A stretch of DNA of 61,033 bases, the filler included, from Nemertoderma westbladi (taxonomy: Eukaryota; Animalia; Xenacoelomorpha): the NCBI GenBank assembly GCA_032718475.1. It is 3 parts of 3 records of this genome, joined end to end, with 100 filler letters (N's around TTAATTAATTAA, not from the genome) between each part and the next. Parts side by side here need not be neighbours in the genome. Positions count along the whole stretch, not along the records: positions 42,635 to 61,033 come from JAUCBJ010005807.1; 2 more parts are not named here. One strand, written 5' to 3'. Below, piece after piece: positions 47,216 through 59,600 of the stretch. Position 1 is the first letter of the stretch. Each line of letters starts with the position of its first letter. The notes under the pieces were generated by a model. It saw only the letters and a list, made by a program, of their open reading frames with translations. It made no database searches and was not told the origin of the DNA. Position numbers and translations under genes: made by a program.

Positions 47216-50200
47216 ATTTTGAACCTTCCCGACGGGGCAACGACACAGAGCCAGAACGAAGTGGCGCCTACAGCCTTGTGTAACGGTCCAATGTTCGTTA
47301 CAAACGGCGACAAAGAGACTGGCATTAACAACATGGACACCTCCAGTTACACCGGTGAGGTAGACGAGTTAGACTCGGTGTCTCCGTTGGATACCGATGA
47401 AAGGCCAACCTCGGCTATAGACAGACCAGCATCAGCGTCTAGTCCGTACACAAGGTAACTACTAACTATCATTAGTTAATCAGTTGTTCTTATCTTTGTA
47501 TTAGGTATAGGACGACGTTTTTAAACCTTATCAATTGATATTCGTGTCGACAGCGGTTTGCGTCAAGGAGCGCCATCAAGTTTATTTCTATTCACTCTTT
47601 ACATTGATGTCCTAGTCGCCATGTTTGATTCACTAACGTCTACTAACACATACCTAAGAGCCTTGCATCTTCTCCTGTTCATGGACGATACTGCTATTTT
47701 AGCCGAGAACCGAGAGAGTTGTATAGAAAAGCTAAATATTTTAGATAAATTCTGTATGTCACATAATATGGTAATCAATGAGAAGAAGAGTAAGTTCATG
47801 GTCATAAATGGATTTATAGCTGAACAACCGTTGTTATGTGGAAGTGTACAAATAATTAATACAGATAAATATGTTTACCTGGGTGGTTTCTTCACACAGG
47901 ATGGTAGAATAGAATCAGTGATAAATTTACACGCAGGTGAAAGTAAAAAACAGGTAGCCAAGTTTGCAGCATTTTGTACCAGCAATCCAAATATGCCTTT
48001 CTGTCTAAAGAAAAAGGTGCTTGACTGTGCTGTAACGGCAGCGATACTGTATTCCAGCGATACCTGGTTAGCAATACGGGGGAGAAAGGAAATTGAAAAG
48101 ATATACAGTATAGTAAACTGATAAAAATACTTTTGGGCGTTAAAACAACAACACCGAGTGTGCTGTGCTATACAGAGATTGGTATGGCTGAGGTAGGATC
48201 CGTCATCGACAATAATATTAGAAACTCTATCCGAAGACTCAAGAAATCGTGGCACCGAGAAGATCCTGCACACATCGCGTATCATCTGGCAAAAACAGGG
48301 AACACCCGCGTTTTTAAATATCTAAATAAGTTAGAACTGACGGAAGGTAATATAATAGCTAGAAATATTAATGGTTTGAAGAGTAGAATTTAAAGATGCT
48401 GCACATATCCACACTAAATTGGCAACTTACCTGGAAATAAACCCTAATCTAACTATCCACAAGGTATATAATCAGCAGAAACCGTACATACACGAGCAGA
48501 ACAGGATCGATTTTACGAGATTTCGTTTAAGCGCGCATCGCTTAAGGGTAGAGACAGGAAGGTGGACACGTGTACCTATAGAGAAGAACGAGTCTGCAAA
48601 TGTGATGGATCGTCGGTACAGAACGAATTACACGTGTTATCGGGTTGTTCACTGACGAAAGATATATTGGGGGGAAAATCCTACTCCACGGTAGCAGAAT
48701 TTATGTTAATAAACAACGGGGAAAGAATCGTCAAAATAATTTCTGAGATTTTCAAGGAACTGCAAAGACACTAACTCGAGAAAATAACTGGGACATTTTC
48801 AAGTTACTAATTTGAAGGGACTAATTTTAGATCTAAAGTTATTTAGTTTCACTAAGTTTATATTTCATAATATGTAATTTCAAATATTTAATGATAATAA
48901 TGTCTTTTGTCGGATATTAGTCAATAAACATATTGAATCGAATAATTTACATTAGTTACTATATATATTAGCACCTATAATTTTGGCCGAAACCGAAACT
49001 AATGATTTAGGAGGACCATTACCCACAATTAAAGTGAAATTTAGGAATTTTAAATACAAATTTCATATATTTCTGTAGTTTGATAAAAGAGCATTCAAGT
49101 AGTGATATCGGTTTTCGCCCATGTGAAGAATACCAGGATTTCACTTTTCGGTCGACTTTTTATTTTAATTTTAGATATGAAGATTTTTTATTTTTTTAAA
49201 TTTATCTTTATTAAGTGTTTTATAGCGCTTATTTCTGTCTTATAACCTGTACATACATATACTAATTCGTTTATTGTTTTGGTTAGATTCAGCACTTCTG
49301 TAACCTGTGTTTTTGGTGAAAACCTGGTACTCTTTACATGGGGGTAACTGCAAAGTGAAATATAACGGCAGAAAGTCTGGTATTCTTCACAAGGGCCTCG
49401 GTTTTCACCATCGAGTGATTTTTACTCTCAATTTTCTAAAATTTTTAAAATTTTTTTTTCTAGATTTGAAAATTTCGAAAATTTTCACTTTTCACTTTTT
49501 GATATAAAAAAATTATTGAATTTTTAGATAATTTTGGTAATTTTCAATATTTTCATTGATTAAATATGAAAAAAGAAAAAAATTACCCCAGGGTACGGCA
49601 GAGTCCAAAAATGCACATAATATTTAAACAAGAACAAGAACGTATATGGCTGATATTCATATTCAAGACTCTCTATATAACAAGGTTTTTCTCTGTTTAT
49701 ATATTTGGACATTTTCATCACTGAATTCCCTAACTACTATTTTATTTTTCACTTAATTTTCATCTTTAGTTTGTGATTATTGGTTTTGTTATTTTTAATA
49801 TTTTATTTATTTGCTTCCTTTGGCTTATCTTTATGTGGTTATTTGCGTCAGTTGAGTCCTTGAATTGCGTTCAGAGTCACCTATCCTCCCTATTTTTACT
49901 ATTGTGTCAATGAGTTCATGTGTGTCGTATGAAATTAATTAATAGGTAGATAATGTATCACTTTATTTCCCTCTATAGCGATCGTTCTTCGTTAACTGGT
50001 CAGGAAATGGTGACTTTACGATCAACGTTCATCTCCAACGACATCGCGGCCCGTTCGTCCGACGCCACATCGCCTATCGGTCCGAGCGTCCTTCCGACCG
50101 ATATCGGGTACATTTCCGGCGCCCACCACGGCCCGACCAGTCCCCCGACCCAGCAGGGCCACGTCGACTCCCCTACATCCGTTCCGACTTCCTCCTCCCC

Positions 50201-53200
50201 CGGTAAGGGTTCATGGAGTTCCTCGCATTCCAACCCGCCCGAGGGATTCACGCCCCACAGTGTCAGTCCGGAGAAACCTGCTGAACCCGACAGGTTCGTA
50301 CCGGAACCGTCGATGACGTCACCCATGATGACGTCACCGAGCGGCGTGACGGATGTAGCCGTCGAGCCGGACTACCTTCAACCACTCCCGGATAGACTCA
50401 ATCAAGTTAATCTCTACGAAGAAGAATCTCCAGTCGAGATCGTTTCTCAGGAATTCGATGTAGAGGGCCGAACGGAATCGGCGAACCCAGTGGAGGATGA
50501 AGGATCGCCGAATCCCGAGAAATCGTCGCCGAAAAAACCGGACGACGCGACGGACGGCGTCGCCAAGACGACCGCCGCGGCGCCCAGCGCCCGTCGCTGG
50601 TCCGAACTGTTCAAGAACGAGCGCGACTGCAACAACGCGATCGTTATCTACCCGTCGGCGTACCGCGAGGATCAGCGGCCCGCGGCGGTCCGGAACCAAC
50701 CCGCGAACCGGCGCCAAGGCAGCGCGACTCTGAGTCCGGCCGAGGCCTCGCAGGATCTATTCGGTCGGGACATCGGCGTCTATCTGAGTCGCAGTAAACT
50801 CAACCACCGGCCGGTCCCGTTCAACCCTCGCGGACTCGTTAATCGCGGTAACCTATGTTACGTTAACGCCACCCTCCAGGCCCTCCTCGCGTGTCCGCCA
50901 TTCTTCCATCTCATTCGCGACCTTCCTCGTCTGCCCCCTAGCGGTCGTGGCCGCACCGCCACTCCGTTGATAGACGCCATCAAGCGTTTCGCCTGGGAGT
51001 TTTATATCCCGTCGCTACGCAACAATCCGGCGCCGCGTAGCAACGAGTTGGTCCTGGGTAAACCGTTCGAGCCGGATTACCTCTACGGGATGTTGGCGCA
51101 CATCGGGTTGGCCGACAGTCGGCAGGAGGACGCCGAGGAGTACCTTTCCGCGCTGCTGGTGGCGCTGCACGAGGAGATGGTCGTGTGTCTGGGGCTCGCG
51201 GGCGTTGAGCAGGCGCCCGCCACGCCCATGGGCGTCCTGGACGGGGGCGACCCCGGCGATTGGGAGCAGGTCAGTGGGCGTGGCAACCGAGCCATGCTCA
51301 CCCGCTCTACCAATCTCTCCCACTCGCCCATCGTCGATATATTTGTTGGTCGCATTCGCTCAACTCTTCACAAACAAGGTCAGTCGCCTAATATTTCATG
51401 CGAATTTTGAATTTATTGTATCTGACAAAACATTGTGTGAAATAATAAGAATATGATCTCGGTGATCTTTTCCTTTTCTGTGCTGAACACATTTATATAA
51501 TAAATATGAACAATATGTCCATTTATTGTAAGCTATGCAGTAACTTAAAATGAAATCCCTAGAAAACAAATCCAGAAATAAAATATAAAAATTTACTAAC
51601 AAACAACCATCGTACGGAAGGCTTAAATATAATTACACGTTCTTCGAAAAATGATAAAACAAAATTATAACATGGTACATCTTGTCCTGGAATATAGTGT
51701 CGTTATACAGGTACCTGCCCCAAAAGCCCCTACCCCCCACCACCAAAAAAAATTATAAGTCTTACTGAGATTACATGAAAATTGAAACAGAAATAGTTTT
51801 ACCTCCCTCCTCCTCCTTATGGGTGAGCCAGAATTTTATTTTTGCTTTCAATCTTTAGCTACAAACGTTTGGAAAAAGTGTCTCCGGCGATATTGCACCA
51901 GTCGCTGCAGTTATTCTACAACCTTATAGTGATTCGTATTATTGGTTTGGTACTGATAGAACGCTGATCGTTCAAGGATTCCAAATATGTAACACAAACT
52001 GAATTTCGTCGTCTTATTAAATTACATTTCATGTTCATAAAGCAAAAATTGCAAAAACGGCTAAGAAATGACGGAGAAAAATTATATAATTGTCTTCATC
52101 GCATTTACCGATATCGCGATATATCGGAGCCGGTATCTTCTACTCCAGATATCTCGAAAACTAAGCAAGATATGGGAAAACGGTTTACATATTTGGATTC
52201 AGCATGAGATTCTGCATTAGATAGGATATGTTTCAAAAATTCGACTTTTGGTCAGAAAATGCGCTACCCCCCCCCCCCCCCCACCCCCCCCCCCCCCCTA
52301 ATTATGTTTAGGAACCATTTATTATATTTTCTAGGTTCGAAAGAAACTGCGAATCTCGAGCCGTTTATTACTCTTCAACTGGATATCCATGACAATAACA
52401 TAGTTCGTCTTAAAGACGCCCTGGAGTCGTTCTTTGGGCCGGAGGAATTAGAAGGGTTCACCTCATCCAAAACAAGCAAGGTTTGTCTAGTTAGAAGCCC
52501 GTTAGGACTTCTTATTGTAAAAGTATTCACTATCTATATTTATTTATTTATTTAAATGTATTTCAGGTGAATTCTCCTCTGAAACTATAGCTCGTCCGTC
52601 AATGAATGTTATATCAATCCGACACAACTCAACCCCAGGATGTGGAAAAAAAGATTCGAAAAAATTTTTTAATGTGTCTTTTTATTTCAAAAATTAGCCC
52701 CTTAACACGAAAATTGCTGCTGGAGCTCATGAGGGCCTAGTAAGCTACTACTATTGATTGAATGAATAGGCCCAAACTGCAGAGAAATACATTACTTGCC
52801 AAGTTTATTACTCACTCACTATCTCTCAGCAACAATAAGCAAACATCAAAAACTGTTAGTTTGTAATTTATTACCCCGCCAGCTGAATAGCTCTTCCCCA
52901 GTGAATCCTATGGGAATATCTATAAGGTTACTCACTGTTATGTTAGGCCAGCTGATTGAATTATAACCACTTGGCCGTTCAAATGTTTTATAGTTTAATA
53001 ATAATGACATTTAGGGGGTTGTATTACTCTCCCAGATTGGGGCCCATCCTCTTACGTTTGTCTATGGATGGTCTTCTTAAAGCCAGGTTGCTGGATTTTC
53101 TGGTTCTACTAAACTTAAAAACTATGGAGTGGAGTAGGCCCACATAGGGTACATTTTGTTGGAAAATCATCCTCACTTAATAAGGAAAAATTAAATAAAA

Positions 53201-53635
53201 TACAAATTATTCGTAAAAATGCAATAAAATTTCGACCGAAAAGTGGAAACCTGGTATTAATTGTTCACATGGTGCAAGTTTTCGTCTTAAAAATATCGTT
53301 TGTTTTAATTCCTTTTTTCTTTTCACTGTGGATTTGTCAGTGCAATGCGATATAACTATATCTGGACAACTATTAATTATTGTCAATAACAACTAACTAT
53401 AACTGTCCCCATCTTTGATTGATCATTTTACAACTGATTCTCTCTTTAGGAGGTGGAAGCTTGCCGTAAACTCAGTCTCGATTTACTGCCCCCAGTTCTC
53501 ATTATCCATCTCAAGAGATTTCATTACGACCCAGAAAAAGGCAGGATGATTAAAATCGATAAACCAATTCAGTTTGATATGGCGTTGGAGATTCCAAAAG
53601 ATTGTCTCAGCCAATCACTAAAGCGGGATCCCATG
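47216..53635 (+). CDS. USP10: Ubiquitin carboxyl-terminal hydrolase 10 (USP10/Ubp3 family), partial
   Basis: Phase-consistent exons 47216-47454, 49979-51378, 52335-52480 and 53450-53635. Motifs include W.ELF, the Cys box PRGLVNRGNLCYVNATLQALLACPPF, QEDAEEYL..LL..LHEEM, WEQV, EPFITLQLDI and LPPVLIIHLKRF. The His-box exon lies beyond the window and the 5' exons were not identified. Confidence 0.92.
47540..48945 (+). mobile_element. 5'-truncated, disrupted LINE (RTEX-like) in a USP10 intron
   Basis: GLRQGAPSS, FMDD, YVYLG, then after a stop and frameshifts RFRLSAHRLRVETGRW and the C-terminal zinc knuckle C.C...QNELHVL..C. AATAAA at about 48924. Confidence 0.85.
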
Positions 53636-56600
53636 GTGAGTTCACTCAGCCAATCACTAAAGCGGGATCCCATGGTAAGTCCACTCAGCCAATCACTAAA
53701 GGGAGATCCCATGGTAAGTTCACTCAGCCAATCACTGAAGGGGGATCCCATGGTGAATTCACTCAGCCAATCACTAAAGCGGGATCCCATGGTGAGTTCA
53801 CTCAGCCAATCACACACTAAAGGGGTATCCAATGGTGAGTTCACTCAGCCAATCACTAAAGCGGGATCCCATGGTGAGTTCACTCAGCCAATCACACACT
53901 AAAGGGGTATCCAATGGTGAGTTCACTCAGCCAATCACTAAAGCGGGATCCCATGGTAAGTTCACTCAGCCAATCACTAAAGGGAGATCCCATGGTAAGT
54001 TCACTCAGCCAATCACTAAAGCGGGACCCCATGGTAAGTTCACTCAGCCAATCACTAAAGCAGGATCCCATGGTAAGTTCACTCAGCCAATCACTAAAGG
54101 GAGATCCCATGGTGAGTTCACTCAGCCAATCACTAAAGCGGGATCCCATGGTAAGTTCACTCAGCCAATCACTAAAGCGGGATCCCATGGTGAGTTTACT
54201 CAGCCAATCACTAAAGCGGGATCCCATGGTAAGTTCACTCAGCCAATCACTAAAGGGAGATCCCATGGTGAGTTCACTCAGCCAATCACTAAAGCGGGAT
54301 CCCATGGTTAGTTCACTCAGCCAATCACACACTAAAGGGGGATCCCATGGTGAGTTCACTCAGCCAATCACTAAAGGGGGATCCCATGGTGAGTTCACTC
54401 AGCCAATCACTGAAGGGGGATCCCATGGTGAGTTCACTCAGCCAATCCATGAAGGGGGATCCCCTGGTGAGTTCACTCAGCCAATCACTAAAGCGGGATC
54501 CCATGTTAAGTTCACTCAGCCAATCACTAAAGTGGGACCCCATGGTGAGTTAACTCAGCCAATCACTAAAGCGGGATCCCATGGTAAGTTCACTCAGCCA
54601 ATCACTAAAGGGGGATCCCATGGTGAGTTCACTCAGCCAATCACTAAAGGGGGATCCCATGGTGAGTTCACTCAGCCAATCACTGAAGGGGGATCCCATG
54701 GTGAATTCACTCAGCCAATCACTAAAGGTGGATCCATGGTGAGTTCACTCAGCCAATCACTAAAGAGGGATCCCATGGTGAGTTCACTCAGCCAATCACT
54801 AAAGGGGGATCCATGGTGAGTTCACTCAGCCAATCACTAAAGGGGGATCCCATGGTGAGTTCACTCAGCCTATCACTAAAGGGGGATCCATGGTGAGTTC
54901 ACTCAGCCAATCACTAAAGGGGGATCCCATGGTGAGTTCACTCAGCCAATCACTAAAGGGGGATCCCATGGTGAGTTCACTCAGCCAATCACTAAAGGGG
55001 GATCCCATGGTGAGTTCATTCAGCCAATCACTAAAGGGGGATCCATGGTGAGTTCACTCAGCCAATCACTAAAGCGGGATCCCATAGTGAGTTCACTCAG
55101 CCAATCACTAAAGCGGGATCCCATGGTGAGTTCACTCAGCCAATCACTAAAGGGGGATCCATGGTGAGTTCACTCAGCCAATCACTAAAGGGGGATCCCA
55201 TGGTGAGTTCACTCACCCAATCACTAAAGGGGGATCCATGGTGAGTTCACTCAGCCAATCACTAAAGCAGGATCCCATGGTGAGTTCACTCAGCCAATCA
55301 CTAAAGCGGGATCCCATGGTGAGTTCGCTCAGCCAATCACTAAAGGGGGATCCCATGGTGAGTTCACTCAGCCAATCACTAAAGGGGGATCCCATGGTGA
55401 GTTCACTCAGCCAATCACTAAAGGGGGATCCCATGGTGAGTTCATTCAGCCAATCACTAAAGGGGGATCCATGGTGAGTTCACTCAGCCAATCACTAAAG
55501 CGGGATCCCATGGTGAGTTCACTCAGCCAATCACTAAAGCGGGATCCCATGGTGAGTTCACTCAGCCAATCGCACACTAAAGGGGATCCCATGGTGAATT
55601 CACTCAGCTAATCACTAAAGGGGGATCCATGGTGAGTTCACTCAGCCAATCACTAAAGCGGGATCCCATGGTGAGTTCACTCAGCCAATCACACACTAAA
55701 GGGGGATCCCATAGTGAGTTCACTCAGCTAATCACTAAAGGGGGATCCATGGTGAGGTCACTCAGCCAATCACTAAAGCGGGATCCCATGGTGATTTCAC
55801 TCAGCCAATCACACACTAAAGGGGGATCCCATGGTGAGTTCACTCAGCTAATCACTAAAGGGGAATCCATGGTGAGTTCACTCAGCCAATCACTAAAGCG
55901 GGATCCCATGCTGAGTTCACTCAGCCAATCACTAAAGCGGGATCCCATGGTGAGTTGACTCAGCCAATCACTAAAGCAGGATCCCATGGTAAGTTCACTC
56001 AGCCAATCACTAAAGGGAGATCCCATGGTGAGTTCACTCAGCCAATCACTAAAGCGGGATCCCATGGTAAGTTCACTCAGCCAATCACTAAAGGGGGATC
56101 CCATGGTGAGTTCACTCAGCCAATCACTAAAGGGGGATCCCATGGTGAGTTCACTCAGCCAATCACTGAAGGGGGATCCCATGGTGAATTCACTCAGCCA
56201 ATCACTAAAGGTGGATCCATGGTGAGTTCACTCAGCCAATCACTAAAGAGGGATCCCATGGTGAGTTCACTCAGCCAATCACTAAAGGGGGATCCATGGT
56301 GAGTTCACTCAGCCAATCACTAAAGGGGGATCCCATGGTGAGTTCACTCAGCCTATCACTAAAGGGGGATCCATGGTGAGTTCACTCAGCCAATCACTAA
56401 AGGGGGATCCCATGGTGAGTTCACTCAGCCAATCACTAAAGGGGGATCCCATGGTGAGTTCACTCAGCCAATCACTAAAGGGGGATCCCATGGTGAGTTC
56501 ATTCAGCCAATCACTAAAGGGGGATCCATGGTGAGTTCACTCAGCCAATCACTAAAGCGGGATCCCATAGTGAGTTCACTCAGCCAATCACTAAAGCGGG

Positions 56601-59600
56601 ATCCCATGGTGAGTTCACTCAGCCAATCACTAAAGGGGGATCCCATGGTGAGTTCACTCAGCCAATCACTAAAGGGGGATCCATGGTGAGTTCACTCAGC
56701 CAATCACTAAAGGGGGATCCCATGGTGAGTTCACTCAGCCAATCACTAAAGGGGGATCCATGGTGAGTTCACTCAGCCAATCACTAAAGCAGGATCCCAT
56801 GGTGAGTTCACTCAGCCAATCACTAAAGCGGGATCCCATGGTGAGTTCGCTCAGCCAATCACTAAAGGGGGATCCCATGGTGAGTTCACTCAGCCAATCA
56901 CTAAAGGGGGATCCCATGGTGAGTTCACTCAGCCAATCACTAAAGGGGGATCCCATGGTGAGTTCATTCAGCCAATCACTAAAGGGGGATCCATGGTGAG
57001 TTCACTCAGCCAATCACTAAAGCGGGATCCCATGGTGAGTTCACTCAGCCAATCACTAAAGCGGGATCCCATGGTGAGTTCACTCAGCCAATCGCACACT
57101 AAAGGGGATCCCATGGTGAGTTCACTCAGCTAATCACTAAAGGGGGATCCATGGTGAGTTCACTCAGCCAATCACTAAAGCGGGATCCCATGGTGAGTTC
57201 ACTCAGCCAATCACACACTAAATGGGGATCCCATAGTGAGTTCACTCAGCTAATCACTAAAGGGGGATCCATGGTGAGGTCACTCAGCCAATCACTAAAG
57301 CGGGATCCCATGGTGATTTCACTCAGCCAATCACACACTAAAGGGGGATCCCATGGTGAGTTCACTCAGCTAATCACTAAAGGGGAATCCATGGTGAGTT
57401 CACTCAGCCAATCACTAAAGCGGGATCCCATGCTTAGTTCACTCAGCCAATCACTAAAGCGGGATCCCATGGTGAGTTGACTCAGCCAATCACTAAAGCG
57501 GGATCCCATGGTAAGTTCACTCAGCCAATCACACACTAAATGGGGATCCCATGGTGAGTTCACTCAGCTAATCACTAAAAGGGGATCCATGGTGAGTTCA
57601 CTCAGCCAATCACTAAAGCGGGATCCCATAGTGAGTTCACTCAGCCAATCACTAAAGCGGGATCCCATGGTGAGTTCACTCAGCCAATCACTAAAGCGGG
57701 ATCCCATGGTGAGTTCACTCAGCCAATCACTAAAGCGGGATCCCATGGTGAGTTCACTCAGCCAATCACTAAAGCGGGATCCCATGGTGAGTTGACTCAG
57801 CCAATCACTAAAGCGGGATCCCATGGTAAGTTCACTCAGCCAATCACACACTAAAGGGGGATCCTATGGTGAGTTCACTCAGCCAATCACTAAAGCGGGA
57901 TCCCATGGTGAGTTCACTCAGCCAATCACTTAAGCGGGATCCCATGGTGAGTTCACTCAGCCAATCACTTAAGCGGGATCCCCCTGGTGAGTTCACTCAG
58001 CCAATCACACACTAAATGGGGATCCCATGGTGAGTTCACTCAGCTAATCACTAAAGGGGGATCCATAGTGAGTTCACTCAGCCAATCACTAAAGCGGGAT
58101 CCCATGGTGAGTTCACTCAGCCAATCACTAAAGCGGGATCCCATGGTGAGTTCACTCAGCCAATCACTAAAGCGGGATCCCATGGTGAGTTCACTCAGCC
58201 AATCACTAAAGCGGGATCCCATGGTGAGTTGACTCAGCCAATCACTAAAGCGGGATCCCATGGTGAGTTGACTCAGCCAATCACTAAAGCGGGATCCCAT
58301 GGTAAGTTCACTCAGCCAATCACACACTAAAGGGGGATCCTATGGTGAGTTCACTCAGCCAATCACTTAAGCGGGATCCCATGGTGAGTTCACTCAGCCA
58401 ATCACTTAAGCGGGATCCCCCTGGTGAGTTCACTCAGCCTATCACTAAAGCGGGATCCCATGGTGAGTTCACTCAGCCAATCACTAAAGCGGGATCCCAT
58501 GGTGAGTTCACTCAGCCAATCACTAAAGCGGGATCCCATGGTGAGTTCACTCAGCCAATCACTAAAGCGGGATCCCATGGTGAGTTGACTCAGCCAATCA
58601 CTAAAGCGGGATCCCATGGTAAGTTCACTCAGCCAATCACACACTAAAGGGGGATCCTATGGTGAGTTCACTCAGCCAATCACTAAAGCGGGATCCCATG
58701 GTGAGTTCACTCAGCCAATCACTTAAGCGGGATCCCATGGTGAGTTCACTCAGCCAATCACTTAAGCGGGATCCCCCTGGTGAGTTCACTCAGCCAATCA
58801 CACACTAAATGGGGATCCCATGGTGAGTTCACTCAGCTAATCACTAAAGGGGGATCCATGGTGAGTTCACTCAGCCAATCGCTAAAGCGGGATCCCATAG
58901 TGAGTTCACTCAGCCAATCACTAAAGCGGGATCCCATGGTGAGTTCACTCAGCCAATCACTAAAGCGGGATCCCATGGTGAGTTCACTCAGCCAATCACT
59001 AAAGCGGGATCCCATGGTGAGTTCACTCAGCCAATCACTAAAGCGGGATCCCATGGTGAGTTGACTCAGCCAATCACTAAAGCGGGATCCCATGGTAAGT
59101 TCACTCAGCCAATCACACACTAAAGGGGGATCCTATGGTGAGTTCACTCAGCCAATCACTAAAGCGGGATCCCATGGTGAGTTCACTCAGCCAATCACTT
59201 AAGCGGGATCCCATGGTGAGTTCACTCAGCCAATCACTTAAGCGGGATCCCCCTGGTGAGTTCACTCAGCCTATCACTAAAGCGGGATCCCATGGTGAGT
59301 TCACTCAGCCAATCACTAAAGCGGGATCCCATGGTGAGTTCACTCAGCCAATCACTAAAGCGGGATCCCATGGTGAGTTCACTCAGCCAATCACTAAAGC
59401 GGGATCCCATGGTGAGTTGACTCAGCCAATCACTAAAGCGGGATCCCATGGTAAGTTCACTCAGCCAATCACACACTAAAGGGGGATCCTATGGTGAGTT
59501 CACTCAGCCAATCACTAAAGCGGGATCCCATGGTGAGTTCACTCAGCCAATCACTTAAGCGGGATCCCATGGTGAGTTCACTCAGCCAATCACTTAAGCG

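Noticed and set aside
50000-51456. Antisense and alternate-frame ORFs over USP10 (and similar ones over enkurin and BEL gag)
   Set aside because: They are shadow ORFs of GC-rich coding sequence with no independent motifs.
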